Origin: an uncultured Eubacteriales bacterium
Lineage (GTDB): Bacteria > Bacillota > Clostridia > TANB77 > CAG-508
DNA length: 64,000 bases
Reading direction: 5' to 3'
Assembly: GCA_948443845.1 (NCBI GenBank)
Contig: CAOJUE010000003.1
Coordinates: 25,610 to 89,609 of the forward strand
Shown: positions 1 through 10,655 of the stretch, one piece after another
Numbering within the stretch: the first letter of the stretch is position 1
Layout of the letters: each line of letters starts with the position of its first letter
Notes under the pieces: generated by a model
Databases searched by the model: none
Told to the model about the DNA's origin: nothing
The model's input: only the letters and a program-made list of their open reading frames with translations
Translations under genes and position numbers: made by a program

Positions 1-1
1 T

Positions 2-259
2 GTTGTACAAAAAATAATCGATATTGCAAGTGGAAAAGACAATACTTTGATTTTTGACATTAAGCAAATTCTCTCAGAACCAATCAAATTGCAAATACCT
101 AAAATTGTTTTAGTACACAATCATCCTAGTGGAAGTTCTGCGCCGAGTAAAGAAGATATCGAGGCAACGCATCGTGTGCGAGAATCTTGCGAATTAATGG
201 GAATTCAATTGCTAGATCATATTGTTATAGGTGATGGAGAATATCACAGTGCCATGTAA
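2..259 (+). CDS. radC: RadC-like JAB/MPN domain protein (UPF0758), 5' truncated by window edge
   Basis: Open frame from position 2. C-terminal HNHPSGxxxPSxxD JAMM motif and LLDHIVIGDG tail are typical of RadC. Confidence 0.75.
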   Translation, partial: VVQKIIDIASGKDNTLIFDIKQILSEPIKLQIPKIVLVHNHPSGSSAPSKEDIEATHRVRESCELMGIQLLDHIVIGDGEYHSAM

Positions 260-285
260 ATTTAAAATTAGAAAGGAAGAAAGAA

Positions 286-1101
286 ATGAACAGAAATAAG
301 CAATCCAATATATTAGGTGGAATATTAACTTTAATTTTATTAATTCTCTTAATATTTCTTTCGAATGTTCAAATCGATAAATTATCCTTTATTGAAAGCG
401 CAGTTAGTTCCATTGTTACGCCAATTCAACGAGTTTTCACAGATTTAAAATACAAAATTCAGGGAAATTCTGCTTATTTTACCGACCTTGAAACCCTTCA
501 GGCAGAAAACCGAGAACTAAAAGAAACCAACAGCAAACTAGAAACAGAGCTAAGAGAACTCGAAAGCATCAAAGCAGACAATGTTACCTTGCAAGAATAC
601 ATGAATTTAACGCAAAAATATGCAGATTACAACACCATTCCAGCTTACGTCATCAACAAAGACGTAAGCAATTATAGCAGTGATTTAGTCATCAACGTAG
701 GAAAAGCAGATGGTGTAGATGTAAATATGACAGTTATTGCGGACAAAGGTTTAGTGGGGCACATCATATCTGCTACAGACCACACAGCCAAAGTGCAAGT
801 CATCGTAGATGCTGCAAGTACAGTAAGTTGCAATATCAGCACAACTGAAAAAAGTATCATTTGCAAAGGAACCATAGAAAATAACCAGATTTTGCGTGCA
901 TCCTACATTCCAACAGATGCTGAATTAATTCAAGGAGATAATGTATACACTTCTGGCTTAGGTGGAATTTACCGAAAAGGCATTTTAATTGGCACAATCG
1001 AAGAAATCATAACAACCAGTAATATTACAGATCGTTATGCCAAAATCAAACCGGCAGTCGATTTTTCAATGGTAGATACAGTTTTAGTTATCAACAATTA
1101 A
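286..1101 (+). CDS. mreC: rod shape-determining protein MreC
   Basis: N-terminal TM segment, coiled-coil (LQAENRELKETNSKLETELRELES), C-terminal beta domain; good RBS (ggaag) upstream; sits immediately before mreD and PBP2. Confidence 0.8.
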   Translation: MNRNKQSNILGGILTLILLILLIFLSNVQIDKLSFIESAVSSIVTPIQRVFTDLKYKIQGNSAYFTDLETLQAENRELKETNSKLETELRELESIKADNVTLQEYMNLTQKYADYNTIPAYVINKDVSNYSSDLVINVGKADGVDVNMTVIADKGLVGHIISATDHTAKVQVIVDAASTVSCNISTTEKSIICKGTIENNQILRASYIPTDAELIQGDNVYTSGLGGIYRKGILIGTIEEIITTSNITDRYAKIKPAVDFSMVDTVLVINN

Positions 1102-1165
1102 ACTTAGGGGTGATTTTTAATCGTCTGCCATTTCGTCTGTTTGTTAAAATCATAAGGAGGAAATC

Positions 1166-1699
1166 ATGAAAAAAACAACCGTAATTCTATTATTAATTTT
1201 AACATTTTTCATTGTATTTTATCTACAAGCTAACTTTTTCCAAATGTTTACCATAGCAGGAATTATGCCAAATTTATTTGTTATTTTCATATTAGTCATC
1301 GGACTATCCTCCAATGCGACAGTTGGAATTCTATTTGGTACAATTTCAGGATTAATGATTGATTTTGTCTATAGTAAAACCATTGGAATAACGGCTGTTA
1401 TGTTATGCGTAATCGGCTATTTAGGAGCTTATTTTGACCGAAATTTTTCCAAAGAAAATAAAATAACAATCATCATCATGTCAGCGCTAGCAACAATTTT
1501 GTTTGAATTAGGATATTACTTATTAAATTCTGTTATCGTAGGATTTGATTTAGAAATGCTTTACTTTATAAAAATATTAGTAATCGAAGTTATATATAAT
1601 ATTTTACTAGTCATCATTTTTTATCCTCTTATCCAAAAAGCAGGATATACAATGGATAGAGCATTCAAAAGAAACAATATTTTAACAAGATATTTTTAG
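1166..1699 (+). CDS. mreD: rod shape-determining protein MreD (polytopic membrane protein)
   Basis: 177-aa very hydrophobic protein between mreC and PBP2; strong RBS aaggagg. Confidence 0.7.
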   Translation: MKKTTVILLLILTFFIVFYLQANFFQMFTIAGIMPNLFVIFILVIGLSSNATVGILFGTISGLMIDFVYSKTIGITAVMLCVIGYLGAYFDRNFSKENKITIIIMSALATILFELGYYLLNSVIVGFDLEMLYFIKILVIEVIYNILLVIIFYPLIQKAGYTMDRAFKRNNILTRYF

Positions 1700-1760
1700 A
1701 ATTTCAGATAAGTAAGATAGGAAGGTGAGATAAACGAGGCCAAATAACGAATTAAAGAAA

Positions 1761-3848
1761 TTGAATTTTCGATATAATGTTCTATCGATTTTAGTGTATG
1801 TGATAGGAGTTGTCATATTAATTACATTATTTAATATTCAAATTGTCAATGGACAAGAATATCGAGAAAATTCCAATACAAGATTATCCAGAAAAGCCAC
1901 CATTGAAGCAGCAAGAGGCAACATTGTAGATCGCTATGGCAATACTTTAGTTAGTACCGACATGGATTTTTCCATTGAAATGTACAAAACCAAAGTCGAT
2001 GACGAGCAACTCAACAAATCCATTCTATGGATGACCACCATTCTCGAAAACAATGGCGATAGTTACATCGACGATTTCCCAATCAGCATCAATCCATTTC
2101 AGTACAATTTTGAGTCAGATGAAAAGTTAAAAGAATGGTTAAAAAAATACAAAATTCCAGAAACCGCCTCAGCAGAAGAAGCATTTTATTTAATGCGCGA
2201 CAAATACAAAATCAAAACAGACGACATAAATGACATCAGACGAATTCTAGCCATTCGCTATGGAATCTCCACAACCGGATATTCTACAACCAAATCCATT
2301 AGCATTTCGAATAAAATTTCAAGAGAAAGTGCGATTCAGTTGCAGGAAAGAAGCGAGGAATTGACGGGCGTGAATATTGTCATCGAGCCAGTTCGAAAAT
2401 ATCATGTTGGAAGCATGGCTTCGCATATTGTAGGATATATGGGAAGAATTGGCAAAGAAGATTTGGAGGAATTAGAAGAAAAAGGCGATGATTATCCTTA
2501 CAAAACCACAGACAAAATCGGAAAAACGGGTATCGAAAAAGTATTCGAAGAATACTTAAGAGGCGAAGATGGCGAAAAACAAATCGATATGTCAGTTGAC
2601 GGAACGATTACAGGAGAATATACTTCCAAAGAAGCCATCGGCGGTTCTGATGTGGTATTAACCATTGATTCCAACTTACAACAAATCACAGAAAATGCAC
2701 TTTCTGCTAATATTCAAAAAATAAAAGCTGGTGGTTTTTCAGAAAGGTATGATGCCAAAGGTGGTGCGGTCGTTGTTACAAACGTAAAAACAGGAGAAAT
2801 CTTAGCGATGGCAAGCAATCCAGACTACGAGCCAGCACTATTTTATAATGGAATTAAACAAGAAAAATACGACGAATATAGAAATAACCCATTAAAACCG
2901 TTGAACAATCGAACCATCTCAAGTGCTTATGCGCCAGGTTCCACGTTTAAAATGGTTACAGCAATTGCGGCGTTGGAAACAGGTGTAACCAACACAGTAG
3001 AAAAAATTAATGACAATGGACCCTATCCAGCAGCTAATCGTCCGGCGTGTTGGTATTGGAATAGCTATAAAAGAGGGCATGGTCCGCTAAATGTGGTTGG
3101 TGCGATTGAAAAATCGTGTAACTATTTTTTCTACGAAGTTAGCAACCGAATGGGAATTGACAATTTGGAAAAATATACAAGATATTTTGGACTAGGTCAA
3201 AAAACAGGAATTGAACTCTATAACGAAAGAGCAGGAACAGTAGCCAACCGAACTATCACAGAAAGCAAAAACACACCATGGATGATAGGAGATACTTTGT
3301 CTGCAGCCATTGGTCAAGGTTACAACAACTTTACGCCAGTGCAAATGGCAAAATATATTTCGATGGTTGCCAATGGTGGACATAAAATTGACTTAAGCAT
3401 TGTGAAAAGTGTGATTAAATCAGACGGAACTCAAATTCCTGATTCAGAAATCAGGCAATTTACCGATCAAAAATTAGGCATTGAGCCAGATACCACAGAA
3501 GATTTACAAATCAACCCAGACACGATGAGAGCTGTATTAGAAGGAATGAGAGCTGTTACAGAAGGAGAAAGTGGAACAGCGCGTTCAATATTTGCTGATT
3601 TTGATATTTCCGTTGGCGGAAAAACAGGTTCAGCAGAAGTCAATACAGGTGACGTAAATGCGTGGTTTGTGGGGTTTGCACCATTTGAAGACCCAGAAAT
3701 TGCGGTTGTCATTATCGTAGAAAATGGCGGACATGGTTATTATACCGCAGAAGTTGTTAAAGAAATTATTGCAGAATATTTTGGCATGAATGTCAAACAA
3801 ATATCAGAAAATATGAATGCTGAAAATGAAACCGAACGTTTTACCTAA
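1761..3848 (+). CDS. mrdA: penicillin-binding protein 2 (peptidoglycan D,D-transpeptidase, elongasome PBP)
   Basis: N-terminal TM, PBP dimerisation region, transpeptidase motifs STFK, SCN, KTGS. Confidence 0.85.
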   Translation: MNFRYNVLSILVYVIGVVILITLFNIQIVNGQEYRENSNTRLSRKATIEAARGNIVDRYGNTLVSTDMDFSIEMYKTKVDDEQLNKSILWMTTILENNGDSYIDDFPISINPFQYNFESDEKLKEWLKKYKIPETASAEEAFYLMRDKYKIKTDDINDIRRILAIRYGISTTGYSTTKSISISNKISRESAIQLQERSEELTGVNIVIEPVRKYHVGSMASHIVGYMGRIGKEDLEELEEKGDDYPYKTTDKIGKTGIEKVFEEYLRGEDGEKQIDMSVDGTITGEYTSKEAIGGSDVVLTIDSNLQQITENALSANIQKIKAGGFSERYDAKGGAVVVTNVKTGEILAMASNPDYEPALFYNGIKQEKYDEYRNNPLKPLNNRTISSAYAPGSTFKMVTAIAALETGVTNTVEKINDNGPYPAANRPACWYWNSYKRGHGPLNVVGAIEKSCNYFFYEVSNRMGIDNLEKYTRYFGLGQKTGIELYNERAGTVANRTITESKNTPWMIGDTLSAAIGQGYNNFTPVQMAKYISMVANGGHKIDLSIVKSVIKSDGTQIPDSEIRQFTDQKLGIEPDTTEDLQINPDTMRAVLEGMRAVTEGESGTARSIFADFDISVGGKTGSAEVNTGDVNAWFVGFAPFEDPEIAVVIIVENGGHGYYTAEVVKEIIAEYFGMNVKQISENMNAENETERFT

Positions 3849-3856
3849 AAAGGAGG

Positions 3857-4474
3857 ATGTCAATGTTAAACAATATAAGAATCAAACAAACCACAGAAGA
3901 AATTGTTTTAAATGTCAATGCGCAAACCGATAATACAGAAATATTTGAAGAATTACAAGAAAAATTGCCCAAATTGAAGGAATTTTATAAAAACTCCAAT
4001 GTTCCCATTCGAGTTGCGGGAAAATTATTCACGGAAACTGGGCGAAAAAAAATTGCTCAAATGATTGTTGAGGAAATTGATGTACAAGTCAAATTTGATG
4101 AACCATCTGATCTTTTGGGTTTGCATGCCATTAAAAAAACATTTGAAGCCGAAACAGAAATTTCGGAGACAAAATATGTCTATAATTCCATTCGTTCTGG
4201 AACGAAAGAAGAATACGTTGGGAGTCTAGTTATTTGTGGTGATGTAAATTCTGGTGCAGAAGTGGTTGCAGGTGGAAATATTATTATTTTGGGAACTTTG
4301 CGAGGTGTTGCACACGCAGGTGCAAATGGCAATAACAAAGCCATTATTGCAGTCAACACAATCGAAACAACTCAAATTAGAATATCGAATTTGGTAAAAG
4401 AAGTTGTTGAAAAAGAAGAAAGATGTCCGATTTTTGGCATCAAAAATGACAACATCGAAATGCTAAAAAATTAG
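3857..4474 (+). CDS. minC: septum site-determining protein MinC
   Basis: C-terminal MinC beta-helix motif GDVNSGAEVVAGGNIIILGTLRGVAHAG; no minD/minE follow it. Confidence 0.8.
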   Translation: MSMLNNIRIKQTTEEIVLNVNAQTDNTEIFEELQEKLPKLKEFYKNSNVPIRVAGKLFTETGRKKIAQMIVEEIDVQVKFDEPSDLLGLHAIKKTFEAETEISETKYVYNSIRSGTKEEYVGSLVICGDVNSGAEVVAGGNIIILGTLRGVAHAGANGNNKAIIAVNTIETTQIRISNLVKEVVEKEERCPIFGIKNDNIEMLKN

Positions 4475-4897
4475 CAAAAATAAAATGAGCATTAAAATAA
4501 AATCGTAATTTGAATCTTTTAAAAACTGAAAAGAATGTTTCTCATCTAAAGAATCTAGAACAGATAGAAGGTTGGCAATCTTCATATATTGTTCTAGTTT
4601 TTCTTTTTTGGTGTCTTCTAAATAAGGCTTCAAAGATTTGAGTAACTGGTTTCTAGGTCCATTTTGATTGTTCATACTACCCATAATATTTTTGATTTTC
4701 AAAATTGTGTTAATATCAAATGAAAAATCATCACCAGACTTCTCATCAGTAGGCGGATTTTCTCCGCCCAAGATGTTATTTAGGTCGATGTCTTTTTCTT
4801 TTAAAATTTCTGAAAAATTATTTAAAATGTTAGAAAAATCTTCATTCATATACAAATAGTCGATGCCCCTTTCTGCTGATTTAATCTTTTTTATCAA
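4463..4897 (-). CDS. hypothetical protein (C-terminal hydrophobic segment)
   Basis: 144-aa ORF on the opposite strand after minC; no recognisable domain. Confidence 0.4.
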   Translation of the reverse strand: MIKKIKSAERGIDYLYMNEDFSNILNNFSEILKEKDIDLNNILGGENPPTDEKSGDDFSFDINTILKIKNIMGSMNNQNGPRNQLLKSLKPYLEDTKKEKLEQYMKIANLLSVLDSLDEKHSFQFLKDSNYDFILMLILFLLIF

Positions 4898-5108
4898 ACT
4901 CTTTTTTAATGTCAGAATTGTTTAAAATTTGCTGTGCACGATAAATATTTTTTTCCAATTCTGCTTTATCCATTTTTGAAAGAACAGAAAGTAATTTATT
5001 AATATCCATGTTATTATTCAATAAAAACGCCCCCTTGATAAGATACTTTATAACAGTATATGCAGGAGTATGGGAAAAAGTAATAAATTCTGTTAAAAAA
5101 TCTTTCAA
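4881..5108 (-). CDS. hypothetical small protein; overlaps the downstream ORF by 17 nt and shares an LLSVL motif with it (possibly one gene split by a frameshift)
   Basis: 75-aa ORF. Motif NKLLSVLSKMDKAELEK is echoed in the neighbouring ORF (ANLLSVLDSLDEK). Confidence 0.3.
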   Translation of the reverse strand: MKDFLTEFITFSHTPAYTVIKYLIKGAFLLNNNMDINKLLSVLSKMDKAELEKNIYRAQQILNNSDIKKEFDKKD

Positions 5109-5563
5109 GGACTTGTCTCCCTAAGAATAAATAGATGACAAAAGTATCGTAAAATAAAATTGTAGTTGGTTAATTTACATATTAAGTTTCCTAAAATTTG
5201 ACAAAACTTCTGTCAAAACGACAACAAATTTTATCAAACTGTTGAAAAAAGCAGAGAAAAAAGTTAAAAATTTTTGAAAAAATGTCAAAAAAAGGTTGAG
5301 AAATAATGAAAAGTATGATATAATGAAAATAGGAACTTATGAAAATTAGGCAGAAAATGCAAAAGATAACATGTAACAAAAATTTTATATTTCGAAAACA
5401 AAGTAATCTAAGGCTTTATTTCCGTAAATAAAAAATTTTGGAACTTAAGAAAATCTATGATTATCAACAGTTTAGCCTATTGACTATGCAAAAAAAAGTA
5501 GTAAAATAGAATGTGATAATATAGTATAATTATAAGTAAAGTTTGTTTTTAGGAGGAAGAATT

Positions 5564-8500
5564 ATGGTAAACAGAAAAAAACTAATTGCAATGTTTCTGG
5601 TTTTCACACTGACATTTTCACATTTTGCAGTGTTGACGGAAAGCCTTGCGACAACAGGTTTTGTGTCCTTATTTGGAGCAAGTTCGGATACAGGAAACGA
5701 AAATGTTGAATTTGAGGCGTATCTAGCAAACGAAGAAGAAACGTCAAATGCGCTTGTAAGTGATGTCAACAATCAAAACCTTGCAATTGGCTTAAAACTT
5801 GACGTCAAAGAAAGCGGATATTTGAAAAACGGAAAAGTAGAAATTAAACCGCAAGAAAACGAAGAATTGAACTTCAAAATCAAGGAAGAAAATGGTGTTG
5901 CAGAGCAAGAACATGTTCAAAACTTAGAAGGGAATATTCTTGAATTGAATAAAATTGACTATTCTTCTGATGCGATTGAAATTTCCATTCCAATCAAATA
6001 TTATAACGAAGAATATATAAGCGAAACCAAACTAAATAGTACAGCCAAAGTCATTCTTTCCGGAATTTATATCGATGACGAAGGCGAAGAAAATGAGATT
6101 TCTAAAGAAGTAGAATTAACATTGGCTTGGGAAGATAATCGAACCGCCAAAGTGGAAGAAGAAATTTCAAAATATATTCAATTTGGCGATAACGGAATCA
6201 TTTTGCAAACTGTTGTCAAAGTGGATACTTCGGCTGAAAATCAGAATTCTTTACCAGTGAAAGAAACAAACTTAAGAGTTGATGTGCCACAAATCAAAGG
6301 TCAAAAGCCAAGTGAAGTGAGCGTTGTTGCCAATTCTACCAGGGGAACCAATGGTAAAGGAGTCGGAGAAGTAGAATTCACAGACGAAAACTGGGCTTAT
6401 GACCAAGAAAATGGTACGGTTCAAATCAAAGTAGAGAATCAAAAACAATTGGTAGAAGTTAGCGAATTTGACGAATATTTGAAAGTAGAAGGCGAAGAAA
6501 CCAAACAAGAAGAAAGATATTTCAGCCAAGCAGGAACGGATGAATTTGTCCTTACTTACACATTCCAGAATATTTCAATTGAAGAAGAAATGCAAGTTTC
6601 TTCGAATATTGAAGCCAAAGCAGTTTTATTTAGTGGTATCACATCGGAAAATCAGGAAACAACTACAACAGCCGAGAGAACTGATGAAATTCTTCTAACA
6701 GGACAAACCGGAAATATCATCTCCTACAACGTCGAAAACGAAACAGAGGAAGTTTCAAAATCATCAGCATACTTAAATAAAGAGCAAGAATACAATTCTA
6801 AAACTTCCATCAACGTTTCCTATACAGACATCGTAGAAGAAATGATTGTCGAAGACATTGAAAACAACTACATTGACAAATCAGGCAACAAAACGCAAAC
6901 AGAAGATATCTATTACAAACAAATTTCAGTTAGCCAAGAAAACTTTAACCAAATTTTAGGGCAAGACGGAAATATTCAAATATTAGATGATTCTGGCAAT
7001 GTTGTTGCAACAGTTAATAAAGAAACTCAAACAGACAAGAACGGAAATTTTGTAATTGATTTTCCAAACAAAATTTCAAAAATCAGCATCAAAACATCAG
7101 CGCCAGTTAATACAGGAAACTTAATTATTGCTAGCAAAAAAGCAGTTTCCAATATAAGCATCAGCAAAGACGATTATGCTAATTTAGAAGCAATCGAAAC
7201 CACAACCGTGCAAAAAGCAAAATTAACCTATGTATCAGAAATAACAGAACTAGGAAATATTTCAACAAAGACAAAACTAAGTGACACCACAACAAACTTC
7301 AACTTAAAAATTGATCGAGACAGTTTATCAACCGTAACAACAAACACAAACGTAGAAATGCGTTTGGAACTAAACAACGACAAAAAAACGTCTGACAAAT
7401 ATGGAAACTCCGTATTCGAAATCGAAATGCCAGAACAAATTACCAATATGAACATAACAAACGCAAGCATGATTTACGGAGAAGGCTTAGAAATTGTGAA
7501 TGTTGAATCATATGTAAGAGACGGAAAAATTATCATCAAAATCACGGTCGCAGGAAATCAAACTGATTTCAACTCAGGTGTTTTAACCAATGGTACCAAC
7601 ATTGTCCTAAATGCCGATATCGATGTTGACCGATTTACACCAGCCATTTATCAAGCAATTAAGGCATATTGTTATAATAGTGAAGCCACAAATTATGCAA
7701 ATTCTGTGGAATATCAGTTAGAAAATACGAACGCCGTTGCTTACCAAGAAGCAGAAATCAAATATTCTGCACCAAGCGGAGTTGTTGCAATCAATACATT
7801 ATCGAATTATAACAACAAAGGAAGCATTTTAACTTCTATGAAGCAAGGTAACAAAATCGATTATATCGATACTTATGCCGAAGCCAAACGTGCAAAAATG
7901 GAAATTGCCATCATGAATAACAACGAAAATGCCATTACCAATGTTGCGATTTTAGGAAGAATCCCATTTGAAGGAATAAAAGATTTAACAACAGATGAAA
8001 ATTTAGGAACCACACTTGACACCAAAATGGTTAGCCCAATTACTTCAAGTGAAAATAATAATGGAGAATTCACGATTTATTATTCCGAAAACAGAGAAGC
8101 AACTGGGGACCTAAATCGTGAAGCAAATGGCTGGACTACCAATCCAGAAAGTTTGGAAAACATCCAATCTTACTTAATCATTCCAAACAACGAGAATCAA
8201 ACAATTGAAGCAAAACAAGTATTAAAATTTACTTACGAATATGAAATACCAGCCAACCTAAATCATAATGAAACTATCTATGGAACCTTTGTTGCAACCT
8301 ACACAAATAACATCGATGGCAACCAAATAGAAGAACAAGTAAAACCAGACCAAATCGGTTTAACAACAGGTGCAGGTCCAGAACTAGAAATTGACTTAAA
8401 AGCAGACGTAACTGAAGTCAAAGAAAACGACGAAATCAAACTAACAACAACCATAAAAAATGTTGGTCAAGATACCGCGCAAGACGTTTTAGTGGCAATT

Positions 8501-10651
8501 CCACTACCAGCCAATACTTCTTTCGTATCCGCAGAAGCAGACAAAGACATTGCCAATATTGAATTTGCAGACGGAAAAGTCATTGTAAGAATCGAAAACT
8601 TGCCAAAAAATACATCACTTGAAATAACTACAGTTGCAAAAGTAGAAAAAATTTATTCAGAAGACACAGTCAATGTATTTGCTACAGTAGAAGCAAAAGA
8701 CTTAAATGCGCAATTGTCTTCTAATAAAATAGAAATAAAACTAGAGCCATCAGAATGGAACATTTATCAATTTATCGATTCAGAAGTGCCAGCGGATTTC
8801 TACTATAAAAAAGGCGATGAACTAAACATTACCATACGTGCTGAAAATTTAACAACTGAAAATAAAAAAGATGTTACTGTCGTGACCAAACTTCCACAAG
8901 GATTAACTTTCCAAAAAGCCTATATGGTAGGTCGTGAGGACCAAGGAAACTATGATTCTTCAAAAGGCGAAGTAACTTGGAAAATTGGCGACTTAGAAGC
9001 AAACAAAGGTCAAACCTTAAAATTAGTTGTAAACGTGGGCGATTTAAGCGAAGGAACCACAGCAAGCACGGTTTCTGTTGCAACTGAGATTTCAGCAGAA
9101 AATACGAAAAACTATTTGGCAAAAGACATCAAAATTAATATCGGAAAAAGCAGTATTCAATTTACACAAAATTCTTCAACTTCAACCTATGTTGCAGAAG
9201 GAGAAATCATCAATTATGAATTTACGATTAAAAATGAAGGCATGAAAGAAGCAAGAAATGTTGTTTTAACAGACAACATACCAGAAGGAATTGTGGTTAC
9301 GAAGATGACTTATCGAGCAGGAGAAGTGGAGTCAACAAGAAGTGTATCCGAAACAGAAAAAACGGAATTAACCTTATCTGTTCCAGCGGGTGACGAAGTA
9401 ACCGTCAACATTCAAGCCGTGGCTTCTAACTTAAATGGAAGCAAAGAAAAAACTGTTACCAATGTGGCAACACTAGCCAATGCTGGAAGGGAAGAGATTA
9501 CAAGTAACTCCGTAACGCACATTATTCAAGCAACCGAAAGTGATGAAGACCCAGAAGGTTCAGCTGTTACAGATAACAATTCTACAACCAATAATAATGG
9601 AAGCCAGTTAGGTACTAACACCAACACTGATATCACCAAATCGTACAAAATTTCAGGTGTTGCATGGCTAGATGCGAATGAGAATGGCATGAGAGATGAC
9701 GGCGAGCAAAGAATGAGTGGCGTTACAGCAATGTTAGTTGAAAGTAGCACTGGTGTTATCAAAGGAACAATGACAACCAACCAAAATGGAGAATACTCCT
9801 TTGCAGGAATTGGAAATGGTTCTTACTTAGTATTGTTCAAATATGACACGATTTTATATACAACCACAACCTATCGCAAAGAAGGAATCGAATCCAACAT
9901 CAACTCAGATGTTGTTACAACGAAGATTGAACAAAATGGAAAAAGAGAAAATGGCGCAGTAACGGATGTAATTTCCGTAAATGGTGCCAATGTAACCAAC
10001 ATAGACGTTGGACTTGTTGAAGCTGCGAAGTTTAGTTTAGGAATTGACAAAGCGATCACCAAAGTAACAGTTCAAAATGCACAAGGAACTGTAACCGAAG
10101 AATTTGACAAAACCAAACTTTCACAATATGGTATTACAGCCAAATATCTAGCAGGAACGACAGTTTATGTAGAATACACGATGACAGTTACCAACAACGG
10201 AGACCTTGCAGGATTTGCCTCAGAAATTGTAGATTATATTCCACAAGGAATGACATTCAACTCCAACCTAAATCCAGACTGGTACACAGGAGCAGGTGGA
10301 AACTTATACACCAAAGCCTTAGCGGATAAAGAATTAGCAAGTGGTCAAAGCCAAGAAATTAAGTTAGTATTAACCAAACAAATGACAACAGAAAATACGG
10401 GCTTAGTAAGTAATACAGCAGAAATCGCAGATGATTTCAATATCTACGGTGTATCAGATAGAAATTCTGTACCAAATAACAAAGCACAAGGCGAAGACGA
10501 TATTTCAACAGCAGATATTATCTTAACCGTAAAAACAGGTGAAACATTAATTTATGTATCAGCAATGATTATCAGTATTTTAATCGGTGGCGCAGTAGCG
10601 TTCATCGTGTACGAAAAAGTATTAAAGAATAAGAGAAAAGGAGGTGTTTAG
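5564..10651 (+). CDS. giant surface adhesin-like protein with Cna-B/SdrD-B-type repeat domains; signal peptide; C-terminal VKTGE motif + hydrophobic segment + KR-rich tail
   Basis: RBS aggagga then ATG at 5564 (MVNRKKLIAMFLVFTLTFS signal peptide). SdrD-B-like segment GVAWLDANENGMRDDGEQRMSGVTAMLVE...NGEYSFAGIGNGSYLVLF. C-terminus TVKTGETLIYVSAMIISILIGGAVAFIVYEKVLKNKRKGGV. Confidence 0.8.
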   Translation: MVNRKKLIAMFLVFTLTFSHFAVLTESLATTGFVSLFGASSDTGNENVEFEAYLANEEETSNALVSDVNNQNLAIGLKLDVKESGYLKNGKVEIKPQENEELNFKIKEENGVAEQEHVQNLEGNILELNKIDYSSDAIEISIPIKYYNEEYISETKLNSTAKVILSGIYIDDEGEENEISKEVELTLAWEDNRTAKVEEEISKYIQFGDNGIILQTVVKVDTSAENQNSLPVKETNLRVDVPQIKGQKPSEVSVVANSTRGTNGKGVGEVEFTDENWAYDQENGTVQIKVENQKQLVEVSEFDEYLKVEGEETKQEERYFSQAGTDEFVLTYTFQNISIEEEMQVSSNIEAKAVLFSGITSENQETTTTAERTDEILLTGQTGNIISYNVENETEEVSKSSAYLNKEQEYNSKTSINVSYTDIVEEMIVEDIENNYIDKSGNKTQTEDIYYKQISVSQENFNQILGQDGNIQILDDSGNVVATVNKETQTDKNGNFVIDFPNKISKISIKTSAPVNTGNLIIASKKAVSNISISKDDYANLEAIETTTVQKAKLTYVSEITELGNISTKTKLSDTTTNFNLKIDRDSLSTVTTNTNVEMRLELNNDKKTSDKYGNSVFEIEMPEQITNMNITNASMIYGEGLEIVNVESYVRDGKIIIKITVAGNQTDFNSGVLTNGTNIVLNADIDVDRFTPAIYQAIKAYCYNSEATNYANSVEYQLENTNAVAYQEAEIKYSAPSGVVAINTLSNYNNKGSILTSMKQGNKIDYIDTYAEAKRAKMEIAIMNNNENAITNVAILGRIPFEGIKDLTTDENLGTTLDTKMVSPITSSENNNGEFTIYYSENREATGDLNREANGWTTNPESLENIQSYLIIPNNENQTIEAKQVLKFTYEYEIPANLNHNETIYGTFVATYTNNIDGNQIEEQVKPDQIGLTTGAGPELEIDLKADVTEVKENDEIKLTTTIKNVGQDTAQDVLVAIPLPANTSFVSAEADKDIANIEFADGKVIVRIENLPKNTSLEITTVAKVEKIYSEDTVNVFATVEAKDLNAQLSSNKIEIKLEPSEWNIYQFIDSEVPADFYYKKGDELNITIRAENLTTENKKDVTVVTKLPQGLTFQKAYMVGREDQGNYDSSKGEVTWKIGDLEANKGQTLKLVVNVGDLSEGTTASTVSVATEISAENTKNYLAKDIKINIGKSSIQFTQNSSTSTYVAEGEIINYEFTIKNEGMKEARNVVLTDNIPEGIVVTKMTYRAGEVESTRSVSETEKTELTLSVPAGDEVTVNIQAVASNLNGSKEKTVTNVATLANAGREEITSNSVTHIIQATESDEDPEGSAVTDNNSTTNNNGSQLGTNTNTDITKSYKISGVAWLDANENGMRDDGEQRMSGVTAMLVESSTGVIKGTMTTNQNGEYSFAGIGNGSYLVLFKYDTILYTTTTYRKEGIESNINSDVVTTKIEQNGKRENGAVTDVISVNGANVTNIDVGLVEAAKFSLGIDKAITKVTVQNAQGTVTEEFDKTKLSQYGITAKYLAGTTVYVEYTMTVTNNGDLAGFASEIVDYIPQGMTFNSNLNPDWYTGAGGNLYTKALADKELASGQSQEIKLVLTKQMTTENTGLVSNTAEIADDFNIYGVSDRNSVPNNKAQGEDDISTADIILTVKTGETLIYVSAMIISILIGGAVAFIVYEKVLKNKRKGGV

Positions 10652-10655
10652 TCGA

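Noticed and set aside
672-875. Short antisense or overlapping ORFs inside well-supported genes (e.g. 672-875, 2498-2689, 3192-3383, 6272-6529, 7228-7470, 12071-12364, 25039-25347, 27400-27726, 36059-36292, 39282-39494, 42540-43004, 47790-48017)
   Set aside because: They lie wholly inside long conserved CDSs on the other strand or in another frame, have no RBS, and have low-complexity composition. They are artefacts of an AT-rich genome.
5543-5563. Upstream ATG at 5543 (and 10644 for the second giant gene) as start codons
   Set aside because: Better RBS spacing and signal-peptide position favour 5564 and 10656. The longer ORFs from the track are kept only as alternatives.
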